In this document: piece after piece, positions 43,492 to 53,434 of the stretch
How positions within the stretch are numbered: the first letter of the stretch is position 1
How the letters are laid out: each line of letters starts with the position of its first letter
Origin: Limnothrix sp. BL-A-16
GTDB taxonomy: Bacteria > Cyanobacteriota > Cyanobacteriia > CACIAM-69d
DNA: 64,000 nt
Direction of reading: 5' to 3'
Assembly (NCBI GenBank): GCA_041937175.2
Contig: CP166615.1
Coordinates: 1 to 64,000 of the forward strand
Translations under genes and position numbers: made by a program
Notes under the pieces: generated by a model
Told to the model about the DNA's origin: nothing
Seen by the model: only the letters and a program-made list of their open reading frames with translations
Databases searched by the model: none

Positions 43492-43956
43492 TTAGCCCTT
43501 CAGTTTCAATTCGATTGCGATCGTGCCCGTCATGCCGCCTTTCGCCCCCACCGCTTGGATGCCGATCGACCCCTCCGCCGAAATCCCCAACTGTAGCTGC
43601 ACCTTTTCGATCTCCAGGGTTTGCAAATCCGCCTGGGCGATCGCCCGTTGCATCAGGGTTTCAAACAACTTGATCTGCTGGGCCAACTGCCGCGCCGACA
43701 CATCCACCACCTTGGTGCTCACCCGATTGATGGTTTGGTCGATCTGGTCACGTATTTGACGATTTTGGGTTTCCTGCTGTTCATCGGGAAAATAGCTCAA
43801 ATTCCCCATAAAGTCCGAGATCACTCCTTTACGACCGGGTTCAGGATCAGCCGTTGTGAGATTCGCCGCCGGGGCGATCGGCTCATCCACCAACAGCACC
43901 AGCGACACAATGTCTTCAGACGAAGAGGATAAATTTTCAGGGCGATCGGGGGTCAT
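43492..43956 (-). CDS. Pepco/Trypco-like peptidase co-occurring protein
   Basis: C-terminal LEIEKVQLQLGISAEGSIGIQAVGAKGGMTGTIAIELK, directly upstream of the caspase gene. Confidence 0.65.
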   Translation of the reverse strand: MTPDRPENLSSSSEDIVSLVLLVDEPIAPAANLTTADPEPGRKGVISDFMGNLSYFPDEQQETQNRQIRDQIDQTINRVSTKVVDVSARQLAQQIKLFETLMQRAIAQADLQTLEIEKVQLQLGISAEGSIGIQAVGAKGGMTGTIAIELKLKG

Positions 43957-44073
43957 GCAATCCCTCCTACGGGGGGTGACAAATTTTGGCCAACCATTTG
44001 CCAAGATAGAACTATTGGGCCGCAATGCCAGGAGCGCCGCGCCGTGCTGCCATCGTCTTTGGAGTGATCTGCT

Positions 44074-44787
44074 GTGGATCCACTGTCCCCCGTTGACGAG
44101 TTAATCGATGCCGACGATACCCTTGTCGATAACGAAGACCAATTTTTTATTCCCACTGTGTTGTTGATGTCGTTGAACTACCTCTGGCGACATCGGGAAG
44201 ATTGGTTTTTCTCGGGCAATATGGGCATTTATCACATCACGGGTTCTAATCCGTGCATTCCGGTGGTTCCAAATGCCTTCTTGAGCATTGGGGTTGATCG
44301 CCGCAAAGATAGAAAATCACGCCGAAACTACGTTATTTGGACGGAAAACAACATTCCACCGATTTTCACCCTAGAGCTGGTGTCCCACAAGCCGGGCGGG
44401 GAATATGACAGCAAAATGGCGATTTATGCCCGTTTAGGCGTGTTGTATTACGTGATCTATAACCCCGAATTTTGGCAGCGGGACGGTCATGATCCCTTTG
44501 AGGTTTACAAGTTGGTTGATGGGGCTTATCAACGGCAAAGTGGTGAACCCTGTTGGATGCCGGAAATTAGCTTAGGGATTGGGCGCGATCGCCTCATCGA
44601 TGACCCGTTCGATCGAGAAATTCTCACTTGGTATGACGCGCGGGGCCAACGCTATCGCAGCGAGGCGGAGGTGGAGCGCGATCGAGCGGCCGCCGAACGC
44701 CAACGGGCCGCAACCGAGCGCCAACGAGCCGATCGCCTGGCGGCCCGGCTGCGGGAGTTGGGGATTGATCCTGAGGCGATCGGGTAG
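44074..44787 (+). CDS. Uma2-family protein, paralog of 39966..40652, possibly degenerate
   Basis: High similarity to the first copy. The homologous start GTG 44044 is followed by an in-frame TGA at 44065. Confidence 0.8.
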   Translation: MDPLSPVDELIDADDTLVDNEDQFFIPTVLLMSLNYLWRHREDWFFSGNMGIYHITGSNPCIPVVPNAFLSIGVDRRKDRKSRRNYVIWTENNIPPIFTLELVSHKPGGEYDSKMAIYARLGVLYYVIYNPEFWQRDGHDPFEVYKLVDGAYQRQSGEPCWMPEISLGIGRDRLIDDPFDREILTWYDARGQRYRSEAEVERDRAAAERQRAATERQRADRLAARLRELGIDPEAIG

Positions 44788-44878
44788 GACAGCGGGCGTG
44801 AATTTTCTTAAGGGATGGGAAATTCGCGGGGGCAACTGGCTAGACTGAGCGAGAACGGTTTCGAGAGCCAGGGGCACC

Positions 44879-45445
44879 ATGAGTGCGTTTGATTTTCAGC
44901 GATCGGGCGATCGCCCCCCCAGATTCAGCAAAGCGCCTAAGCCTCGGGAGTTGGGGTGGTCAGTGTTGGCTCCCTTGGACGATCGCGATCAGCACCCCTG
45001 TCCCATTTGTCGCCACGGACAAATCCAGCCGATGCCGATGATGGAGGATGCCTGGGCCTGCGATTTTTGTCGGCATCTGTTCACGCTGGATTTGCAATCC
45101 CGGATTTTGCGGGTGGAAGACAGCACCCAGCCCTTGCAGTGGCGTTGGTTGGGGCGATCGTGGCAACCGGTGCGCCACAGCAATGAAGCGCTCACGCCGA
45201 CCATCTGGCTGCTGGCGGTGATTTTGGCGATCGGGCCGGTGGGGTTGATTGGTTTGTCGCAATACCTCTTTCCCCCGTTGCCCGGCTCCCGATCGGTGGG
45301 ATTTGGCCAAGGGTGGTTAATTTCAGCGGCGATCGGGCATTTCATTTTGGCCGCCTGGTTGGTGCTGGAGCATTACCAGTGGCCGCTCTATGTGTCGTTG
45401 AAGTTGCGCTGGCAAGATTGGCGATCGAACCGTCGATTATCCTGA
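44879..45445 (+). CDS. Hypothetical Zn-ribbon membrane protein
   Basis: CPICRHG...CDFCRH; two TM segments. Confidence 0.75.
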   Translation: MSAFDFQRSGDRPPRFSKAPKPRELGWSVLAPLDDRDQHPCPICRHGQIQPMPMMEDAWACDFCRHLFTLDLQSRILRVEDSTQPLQWRWLGRSWQPVRHSNEALTPTIWLLAVILAIGPVGLIGLSQYLFPPLPGSRSVGFGQGWLISAAIGHFILAAWLVLEHYQWPLYVSLKLRWQDWRSNRRLS

Positions 45446-45576
45446 CTGGCCATCTTGATCTGACTCGATCTGAATGGATCTGAATCATGCGGATTGAATC
45501 GGCGCGATCGACCGAAGCGCGATGCATAGGAGCGCAATGTATGGGGGCGATTAACCAGGCTGGCCCCATGGGCAAC

Positions 45577-46731
45577 CTAGGCCACCAATGAACCTTGACA
45601 GGTCTGGTCTGCCAAGTCCCGTTCCCACTGCTGGGCCTCTTGAATCGCTTGGGCCACCACTGCTTGGCAACTGTGGCCCGTTTCCACCTGTTGGAGCCAC
45701 TGTTGGGCGGCGTTGCCTTCCCGCAAAATGCGCTGTAAGGGTGACAGGAAGCAGCTAAACCCGCGCTCTTTGGCGATCGGGCGTAATTCCGCGTAGAGCT
45801 GGGCGATCCAATCCCTGGCCTTGATGGTGCGGCCATCCTGCCAATGGCGTAGGGATGCATCCAAGCTGTGGCGAGCGACGGCCATTTCGTTGGCCAGGGT
45901 CAACGACAATAAATCGTCATTGCGGGTGGCGGTTGGCAACAGGCTCGCAGTGAGTGGATCTAAGCTGGGATCATCCATCAGTTGGCACAGCCGAGCCTCC
46001 AGTAGGGCCGTGATCGCCAGCAGGGCCAAGGGGTCAATCACCGGGTCACAAATCCGCAGTTCCAATCGATTGAGGTTATAGGGCCGGCAATCGCCGTTGG
46101 GCCGCACGGAACTCCAGAGGTGGCGGACATTTTGCATGGTTCCCAGTTCCAATTGTTCTTCAGTCCAGCGAATGAAGTGCGCGTGGCTTTCAAACAGGGG
46201 CACTCGATCGGGCGTTTGGGGGAACAGATGCCAGCGGGTGGAATGGAATCCGGTTGGTTCGCCATCCAAGAAGGGAGAGGAAGCGCTCAGGGCCAAGTAG
46301 AGCGGTGCTTCCACCCGCACCAGCCGACAAGCCCGCATCAACAGTTCTGGATCGGCAATGCCAATGTTGATGTGAACGCTGGCGGTGACGACTTTGGTTC
46401 CGTAGGTGCGTTCAATGTAGGCGTGGTAAGGGTTGGCTGGGTCAGATCGGTAGAAGCGATCGCTTCCGCCCAGGGCTAATGTGCCGCCGGGCACTAGGGT
46501 GTAGGGGCCCAGGGTTTTCAGGTATTGGCGCAGGCGCAACCGAGGAACCAGTAAATCGCACAGCAATCGCTCATAGCTGCACAGGGGAGCGGTGGTGTAT
46601 TCCACATTGCGGCTGTCGGGTTCGCGCACAAAGCCGTCTAGGTTGGCGGTAATGCGATCGGACAGGCCCACAATTTGCCCATCGTGGGTGCCGGTATAGA
46701 TTTCAATTTCAAAGCCTTTGGACAGCATCAT
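45577..46731 (-). CDS. gshA: Glutamate-cysteine ligase, cyanobacterial type
   Basis: LSKGFEIEIY, EPDSRNVEY, TASVHINIG and NRLELRICD motifs. Confidence 0.9.
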   Translation of the reverse strand: MMLSKGFEIEIYTGTHDGQIVGLSDRITANLDGFVREPDSRNVEYTTAPLCSYERLLCDLLVPRLRLRQYLKTLGPYTLVPGGTLALGGSDRFYRSDPANPYHAYIERTYGTKVVTASVHINIGIADPELLMRACRLVRVEAPLYLALSASSPFLDGEPTGFHSTRWHLFPQTPDRVPLFESHAHFIRWTEEQLELGTMQNVRHLWSSVRPNGDCRPYNLNRLELRICDPVIDPLALLAITALLEARLCQLMDDPSLDPLTASLLPTATRNDDLLSLTLANEMAVARHSLDASLRHWQDGRTIKARDWIAQLYAELRPIAKERGFSCFLSPLQRILREGNAAQQWLQQVETGHSCQAVVAQAIQEAQQWERDLADQTCQGSLVA

Positions 46732-46982
46732 AGGGAGTTGTGAAGCAATTGGGCGCGTCGGTCTGCTCTGCCAGCCCGATTTCTATTGTCGCCTGCGGCG
46801 CGATCGCCCGAGGGCTGTTCTGCCGTTGCCGGGATTTTTTGTGTCTTGAAAGGGGCGATCGCCCGGCGGCTGTTCTGTCGGGTTCTGGCCTGGTTTTGTT
46901 GGATCGGGTTTTGCCCGGCCGGTGGGCAATATGTTGCGCGATCGCCCTTGCAGAGCATCAGTGGTTCAGAGGCCGTAGCAGC

Positions 46983-47900
46983 TCAGAGACCGTAACACTG
47001 GGCGACCTGAGCCGCTGCCCGGTGGATGAGGGCGTGGCGATCGACCAAGGCCGCCAAATCATCGCAGTAGCCGCCACCGATCGTGCAGGCCACCGGATAG
47101 CCCGCCGCCACACAGGTGGTCAGCACCTGCATATCCCGCCGAAACAAACCGGAATCGGTGAGGGCGAGCTTGCCCAACCGATCGCCCCCATGGGGATCCA
47201 CCCCCGCATCGTAAATCACCAGATCGGGCCGCACTTGGGCGAGCAAATCGGGCAGGAAGCGATCGAGCGTTTGTAAATAGTCATCATCTTCCATGCCTTC
47301 TGGCAATGCCACATCCAAATCGCTGGCCTGTTTGCGGGCGGGAAAATTTGCCTCGCAATGCATAGAAAAGGTGAAGACCTGCGGTTCGTTGCGAAAAATC
47401 CAGGCGGTTCCATCCCCTTGATGCACATCCAAGTCCACGATCAAGACCCGATCGACCAAGCCTTCGGCCTGCAAAACCCGGGTGGCGATCGCCAAGTCGT
47501 TAAAGATGCAAAATCCGGAGCCAAAATCGGGGAAGGCGTGGTGGGTGCCGCCCGCCAAATTGCAAGCCAGACCATGGCGCAGGGCCAGCCGCGCCGTCAG
47601 CACCGTGCCACCGACTGCCACACAGGTACGATTGGCCAAGGCCGGCGACCAGGGCAACCCAATTCGGCGTTGGGCTTTTGGATCCAAAGTGCCTTGGCAA
47701 TAGGCTTCCACATAGGAGCGATCGTGCACCAGCTCAATCCAGTCCTGGGGCGGCCGATCGGGCTGGTGAAACTGTTCGGGGGTTGCCGTGCCATCGCTGC
47801 GCAACCGGTCATAGAGCCTTGCAAACTTTTGCATCGGGAACCGGTGGCCGGGGGGCAACGGCGCGACATAATCGGGGTGATAAACTAGCGGCACATTCAT
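46983..47900 (-). CDS. Histone deacetylase family protein
   Basis: GHRFPM, GGTHHA, GFCIFND and DLDVHQGDGT motifs. Confidence 0.95.
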   Translation of the reverse strand: MNVPLVYHPDYVAPLPPGHRFPMQKFARLYDRLRSDGTATPEQFHQPDRPPQDWIELVHDRSYVEAYCQGTLDPKAQRRIGLPWSPALANRTCVAVGGTVLTARLALRHGLACNLAGGTHHAFPDFGSGFCIFNDLAIATRVLQAEGLVDRVLIVDLDVHQGDGTAWIFRNEPQVFTFSMHCEANFPARKQASDLDVALPEGMEDDDYLQTLDRFLPDLLAQVRPDLVIYDAGVDPHGGDRLGKLALTDSGLFRRDMQVLTTCVAAGYPVACTIGGGYCDDLAALVDRHALIHRAAAQVAQCYGL

Positions 47901-48256
47901 CGCAATCTTGGCTCCGCAATCTTGGCTCCTGGGGCCGACCTGCGGTGGGTCGCCGGTTCATCGCTGGTTCAAGGTTGGTCAACAAGCCGGGGATGGCGGG
48001 GCGATCGACCCGGTTCCCATCCCAGAGCTGTGGGGCGAATCAACGGTTGATTGCTCCGGTTGATTATTCCCCAAGGATTGTCCCCAAACGCCTTCCTAGG
48101 GTAACGCTCTCGCCTTCAAGGTGCGATTCGGGTGATTTGGGCGACTTGGGTAATCTGGGCGATCGCCCCCCAAGGTTTAATTAACTGAAACTAATGAATT
48201 GAAAATAATTGAAAAATTAATTGTTCAATTAGTTCATGGGATTTTGAAACGGGATT

Positions 48257-48781
48257 TTGTCCGTGCAACCTTTCAGCGCAACTTGGCTTTACGGCAGCAA
48301 CGATCCAGAGAATGCCGTTCATTTTGAGACCATTCGCCAATGGTGGGTGAGCTTGACGGGAAAATCCGTGACTTGGCGACAGCGCTTGCTCGATCGCGCC
48401 ACGGATCCCCAGACCCTTGATTGGGATGCGGAGCGCTTCGACGATGAATTCACCATCCAAGGGCCGGAAGTTCGGGGCATCACGTTCTATTACAAAAAGC
48501 TGGGCAGTGATCTGGAGCGCAACACCACGCCCCAGTCCCTGAAGCTGTCAGCCAATGGGCAATATCTCTACATTTATCCCCAATCTCAAAATGATGTGGT
48601 GATTCGGGTGGGCCAGCCGGAAGCCCGCTTGGACACGATCGCCCTCACCAATCCCACCGCCACCGTCAAAACCGGTGGCGGCCAATGCATTCTCACGCTG
48701 ATCGATCGCCCAGCGGGCCAGGCTGTGGAAGTGACGCTGAATGCAGAATCCCTGCTGGCTCTCAAAAAGCTGTTGCCCTAG
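48257..48781 (+). CDS. Hypothetical protein
   Basis: 174-aa ORF with a TTG start; HIP1-rich; co-oriented with the next gene. Confidence 0.65.
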   Translation: MSVQPFSATWLYGSNDPENAVHFETIRQWWVSLTGKSVTWRQRLLDRATDPQTLDWDAERFDDEFTIQGPEVRGITFYYKKLGSDLERNTTPQSLKLSANGQYLYIYPQSQNDVVIRVGQPEARLDTIALTNPTATVKTGGGQCILTLIDRPAGQAVEVTLNAESLLALKKLLP

Positions 48782-48820
48782 ATCTTGCACCGAGATCTTG
48801 ATCAGCGAGGGGCCGATGCC

Positions 48821-49360
48821 ATGAGCCAATCCCGCCGAGGGCGATCGCCCCTGCAACAGCTCTGGATCGCCAGTTGGGCGATCGGGTTGGTGGGTTGCGC
48901 CAGTGGTCGCACCCTCAGCTTTCCTTTCGATGCGGCCGGAGCCAACCCCAACAGCCTCAACAGCGCTTTTTCGGAAACCAGCCCGGCCGTGGCGGGGCGC
49001 TTTTTGGTGTTTGTGTCCGATCGCCGTGGCAGCCAGGATGTGTTGCTCTATGACCTTCAAGAACGACGGGCGATCGAGCTGCCAGAGCTAAACGCCTTTG
49101 ACACGATCGCCGCCAGCCCCAGCATTTCCAGCGATGGCCGTTGGATTGCCTTTTCTGCCAGTCGCCAGGGCCGCACCGATATTTACCTTTACGATCGCAC
49201 CACCAATCAATTGCGCAACCTGACCCAAGCCCTGCAACTGGAAACCCGCAACCCGCAACTGAGCGCCGACGGCAGCCGCATCGCCTTTGAAATTGAACGG
49301 AGTGGCCAGTGGGACATCGCAATTTATACCCGCGATGGCCAGCCGATCAATGTTCCCTAA
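48821..49360 (+). CDS. TolB-like (PD40 repeat) lipoprotein
   Basis: Lipobox LVGC; PSISSDGRWIAF and PQLSADGSRIAF. Confidence 0.85.
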   Translation: MSQSRRGRSPLQQLWIASWAIGLVGCASGRTLSFPFDAAGANPNSLNSAFSETSPAVAGRFLVFVSDRRGSQDVLLYDLQERRAIELPELNAFDTIAASPSISSDGRWIAFSASRQGRTDIYLYDRTTNQLRNLTQALQLETRNPQLSADGSRIAFEIERSGQWDIAIYTRDGQPINVP

Positions 49361-49731
49361 GCTAATGCCAGCGCACGTCAAGCCAGCTTTTTCGGCTGAA
49401 CTTGAATGAGTAGAGTGCCCAGACAGCCACAGAATCAGGGTTTCAGCCTATCCCGAACCGAGATCAAGCAACCGAGATCAAACAACCGAGATCAAACAAA
49501 GGATCCGCCCGATCATCACTCCCAAACAGCCAATGGTCTTGGGGATGAATTGTGGTTGATCCCGAATTTTTGGTTCTTAATCAAGATTTGAAATGGAACG
49601 GCACAAATTGCGAAGAAAAATTAGCAAGCTCGCTCATTTTCGATGAAATTCCATAAATAAAGATCACGAAAAATATCGAAGAGAGTCATGATTCTAAAGA
49701 CAATCTTCTAGTTTATTGGGGATGAAGATTG

Positions 49732-49772
49732 TTTGGCAAAAATGATAATTGATTTGGCAAAAATGATGATTG
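49732..49772. repeat. 21-bp-period tandem repeat upstream of the tail-collar cluster
   Basis: TTTGGCAAAAATGATAATTG-A-TTTGGCAAAAATGATGATTG. Confidence 0.85.
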
Positions 49773-49979
49773 CCTCAGGTTTTGAGTCGTGGGTTAATCA
49801 TTGCCAGCAAGACTTCTGAGCGGTTTTCATAGCAATCAGCGATCGCCCCAAATAGGCGCACAGTTACCGAAGCATTCCGCGTCGAGTGACATTTTTGCAT
49901 GTCTCGGCAATGCCTATTTTCGGAGGGCTGGTGCTGACGATGACCGACTCATTCACTCCTCAATTACCCTTAAATAAAT

Positions 49980-50513
49980 ATGCTCGAACCCTTCATTGGA
50001 CAGCTCGAACTATATCCCTACAATTTCGCGCCCGAAGGCTGGTTGCCCTGCGACGGGCGATCGCTCCCCATCCGAGAGAATGAAGCCCTCTTCAGCTTGC
50101 TTGGCACCACTTACGGCGGAGATGGATATACGGTCTTCAACTTGCCAGATCTCCGAGGCCGTGTCCCGATCGGCCAGGGATCAGCACCCGGCCAAGGTCG
50201 AACCTATGACATCGGGAGAACTGGTGGACAAGCCCAAGTTACCCTGACGGTTGCCAACCTGCCCGCCCACACCCACACCCTCGCCACCGCCGACAGTTCC
50301 ACCACCAACAGCCCCAGCGGCAATTTTCTCGGCCCCCTCACCACCGCCGATGGAACACCCGCCAACGCCTATGACTCTACCCCCGAAGCCAGCCTAGCCC
50401 CGGGGGTGATTGCCAATACGGGCGGTGGCCAGCCTCACGAAAACATGCCCCCTTACCTCGCCCTGCAATGGTGCATTGCGACAATCGGCGAATATCCCAC
50501 CCGCGATTGGTAA
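49980..50513 (+). CDS. Phage tail-collar domain protein (MdpB-like) 1
   Basis: PFIGQ...FAPEGWLPCDG...LFSLLGTTYGGDG...LPDLRGR...HENMPPYL. Confidence 0.93.
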   Translation: MLEPFIGQLELYPYNFAPEGWLPCDGRSLPIRENEALFSLLGTTYGGDGYTVFNLPDLRGRVPIGQGSAPGQGRTYDIGRTGGQAQVTLTVANLPAHTHTLATADSSTTNSPSGNFLGPLTTADGTPANAYDSTPEASLAPGVIANTGGGQPHENMPPYLALQWCIATIGEYPTRDW

Positions 50514-50565
50514 TGGCGCGCTTTTGTTGAATCCCGTTTCGTTGTCCTCTTCTTTCTCTTCAGCC

Positions 50566-51093
50566 ATGGATCCATTTATTGGACAGATTCAAGCCTTTGC
50601 CTTTCCCTTTGCGCCTCGGGGGTGGGCCCTGTGCCAGGGACAAGTATTGTCTATTAGCCAGAGTCCAGCGCTCTTCGCCCTGCTCGGAACGACCTACGGT
50701 GGTGATGGCAGAACGACCTTTGGCCTGCCGGATTTGCGCGGTCGCACCAATATTTCGCAAGGGCTGCCCTCGAATGGGTCACCGTACCTCATGGGGCAAT
50801 TGGGCGGTGCGCCGGAAGTCAGTCTGCTGACGACTCAAATTCCTGCCCACACCCACGAAGTCAAAGTTTCCTCAGATGCCGCTGCTGTTTTTCCGCAAGA
50901 TCGCTATTTCGGAACGCTCACGGCCAATGCCGGTGATGCGCCCAAGGGCTACGGCACGACGGCGGGCAAAGCCACTATTTCTCCAACAGCAATCTCAGCC
51001 ACCGGGAACAGCACGCCCTGTGACAATATGCCGCCCTTTTTGGTGGTGAATTGGTGCATTGCCACAACGGGAATTTTCCCGAGTCGGTGGTAG
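50566..51093 (+). CDS. Phage tail-collar domain protein (MdpB-like) 2
   Basis: MDPFIGQI...FAPRGWALCQG...LPDLRGR...GIFPSR. Confidence 0.93.
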   Translation: MDPFIGQIQAFAFPFAPRGWALCQGQVLSISQSPALFALLGTTYGGDGRTTFGLPDLRGRTNISQGLPSNGSPYLMGQLGGAPEVSLLTTQIPAHTHEVKVSSDAAAVFPQDRYFGTLTANAGDAPKGYGTTAGKATISPTAISATGNSTPCDNMPPFLVVNWCIATTGIFPSRW

Positions 51094-51263
51094 ATCGCAA
51101 GGCGGTTTGCATTCATTGTGTGGGCGATCGACCGGGTTCTTGTCCTCAGTTCTTGCCCTAAATGATTGGGTCATCATGGGGCTGATTGTGATCGACCAAC
51201 CTGGTTGGTTAAGGCTCTTTTTCAAGATCGATTACTGACCAAAACCGATTACCGAGGTGCTTT

Positions 51264-51782
51264 ATGATCGATGCCTATATTGGACAGGTTAAATCCTTTG
51301 GCTATAACTTTGCGCCAACAGACTGGATGCTTTGCGATGGACGGACATTGCAAATTGCTCAGTACACAGCGCTTTTTAGTCTGTTAAGTACGACGTTTGG
51401 GGGCGACGGCATAAACACGTTTAATTTGCCGGATTTGCGGGGACGCATCGCGATCGGCCCTGGCCAAGGCCCCGGATTGCCCAACTATCCACAGGGGCAG
51501 CGAGGGGGGAGCGAACAGGTGACGCTCACCGTTGCTCATTTACCCACCCACAATCACGCGATTAAAGCGTCTTCGGATTCGTCGGTTTCTACTCCGGCGA
51601 ATAACTTCATTGGCCCGGTGGACGATCGCTTCAAGGGTTTTGATCTCACGCCGGAAACTTCCTTGAATGCGGCTGCCCTATCGAAGGTGGGTGGTGGCCA
51701 ACCCCACAACAATATGCCGCCCTATTTGGTCACCAATTGGTGTATTTGCGTCCAAGGCGTATATCCGAGTCGCCCCTACTAG
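51264..51782 (+). CDS. Phage tail-collar domain protein (MdpB-like) 3
   Basis: YIGQV...FAPTDWMLCDG...LPDLRGR...HNNMPPYL...GVYPSR. Confidence 0.93.
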   Translation: MIDAYIGQVKSFGYNFAPTDWMLCDGRTLQIAQYTALFSLLSTTFGGDGINTFNLPDLRGRIAIGPGQGPGLPNYPQGQRGGSEQVTLTVAHLPTHNHAIKASSDSSVSTPANNFIGPVDDRFKGFDLTPETSLNAAALSKVGGGQPHNNMPPYLVTNWCICVQGVYPSRPY

Positions 51783-51830
51783 GACACGATCGCATCATGT
51801 TTTGATTGCTATCTCTTGAGGATTTGTTCT

Positions 51831-52058
51831 ATGTCATCAGAAACGGAAGATTGGGTAATTTACAAGGTTGTGATTAACCACGAGGAACAGTATTCGATTT
51901 GGCCAGTCGATCGAGAAAATCCGTTGGGTTGGAACGATGTGGGCAAGCAAGGCCCCAAATCGGAGTGCTTGGATTACATCAAGGAAGTGTGGACGGATAT
52001 GCGTCCACTGTCTCTCCGTCGCCGGATGGAAGAGGCCGCGCGTCTTTCGGGGGCATAG
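51831..52058 (+). CDS. MbtH-like protein
   Basis: [10 protein letters not shown]...PLGW...[17 protein letters not shown]. Confidence 0.96.
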   Translation: MSSETEDWVIYKVVINHEEQYSIWPVDRENPLGWNDVGKQGPKSECLDYIKEVWTDMRPLSLRRRMEEAARLSGA

Positions 52059-52195
52059 GGCGTGTCGTCAAATCACCTGAAGCCCTGATGCCACCGTTAG
52101 CAGATCGTGGGAAGGGGCTTAAGCCCCTTGTTACGACGACTGGGACATGGAAAATCAATCGTTTCCGCCTGATCCTAGGAAATGACGACAGGCCC
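52058..52195. mobile_element. MITE-like element, family A, copy 2
   Basis: TA|GGGCGTGTCGTCA...TGACGACAGGCCC|TA; palindrome 52111-52130. Confidence 0.8.
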
Positions 52196-52311
52196 TAGTC
52201 CCATTGCGATCGGCGGGTTAGGCGGAATCGGTCGCGAGGGGACGATCCTTGATAGCATGACGGTGGTATGCTACTGCCCTTCATTCGATTTCACGATCGC
52301 CCCGCGACCCG

Positions 52312-53406
52312 ATGGCTGAACAATATTTGCTCGATAAGCTGCAATCCGTTGAGCAAACCTTTAATGAGTTAACCCGCCGCCTTGCGGATCCTGACGTTGC
52401 CACGGATCCGACAGAATTTCAGCGAGTGGCCAAGGCGCGATCGTCCTTGGAAGAGACGGTGGCAACCTATGACGCATGGAAAACGGCCGTCAGCGATTTG
52501 GAAGGGGCCCGCGAGATCCTGAAGGAGTCGGGTGATGACCCGGAGTTGCGGGAAATGGCGCAACTGGAAGTGGAAGATTTGAACGATCGGGTCGCCCAGT
52601 TGGAATATCAACTGAAAATTTTGCTGTTGCCCCGTGACCCCAATGATGACAAAAACATCATGTTGGAAATTCGGGCCGGCACGGGTGGCGATGAGGCCTG
52701 TATCTGGGCGGGCGATTTGCTGCGAATGTATTCCCGCTATGCCACAACTCAAGGCTGGAAGGTGGCCTTGGTGAGCGAGTCGCTGTCGGAGGCAGGCGGC
52801 TTCAAGGAAGTGATCCTGGAAGTGCAGGGCGATCGGGTTTACAGCAAGCTGAAGTATGAAGCGGGTGTTCACCGGGTGCAGCGCGTGCCGGCCACGGAAG
52901 CGGGCGGCCGGGTACACACTTCCACAGCCACTGTGGCAATTATGCCGGAGGTGGACGAAGTGGAAGTTCACATCGACCCGAAGGACATTGAGCTAACCAC
53001 GGCGCGATCGGGCGGGGCCGGTGGCCAAAACGTGAACAAGGTGGAAACCGCCGCCGACCTGTACCACAAGCCGACGGGCATTCGGGTGTTTTGTACGGAG
53101 GAGCGATCGCAGCTCAAGAACAAGGAGCGGGCCATGCAAATCCTGCGGGCTAAGCTCTACGAAATGAAGATGCGAGAACAACAGGAGGCGGTGACCTCTG
53201 CCCGGCGATTGCAGGTGGGCAGCGGTTCCCGATCGGAAAAAATTCGCACCTACAACTACAAAGACAATCGCGTGACCGATCACCGTCTGGGCCAAAACTT
53301 CACCCTCACGGCGGCCCTGGAAGGTGACATTGACGAGATGGTTCAGTCTTGCATCACCCAAGATCAACAGGCCCAATTGGAAGAGCTGGCAGCCCAGGTT
53401 GGTTAA
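52312..53406 (+). CDS. prfA: Peptide chain release factor 1
   Basis: [15 protein letters not shown] and GAGGQNVNK motifs. Confidence 0.98.
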   Translation: MAEQYLLDKLQSVEQTFNELTRRLADPDVATDPTEFQRVAKARSSLEETVATYDAWKTAVSDLEGAREILKESGDDPELREMAQLEVEDLNDRVAQLEYQLKILLLPRDPNDDKNIMLEIRAGTGGDEACIWAGDLLRMYSRYATTQGWKVALVSESLSEAGGFKEVILEVQGDRVYSKLKYEAGVHRVQRVPATEAGGRVHTSTATVAIMPEVDEVEVHIDPKDIELTTARSGGAGGQNVNKVETAADLYHKPTGIRVFCTEERSQLKNKERAMQILRAKLYEMKMREQQEAVTSARRLQVGSGSRSEKIRTYNYKDNRVTDHRLGQNFTLTAALEGDIDEMVQSCITQDQQAQLEELAAQVG

Positions 53407-53434
53407 CGTTATTGAGTTGTTTGCACCCGTAACC

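Noticed and set aside
49980..51782. Prophage or contractile injection system
   Set aside because: No capsid, sheath, tube, baseplate or integrase genes; the flanks are housekeeping genes.
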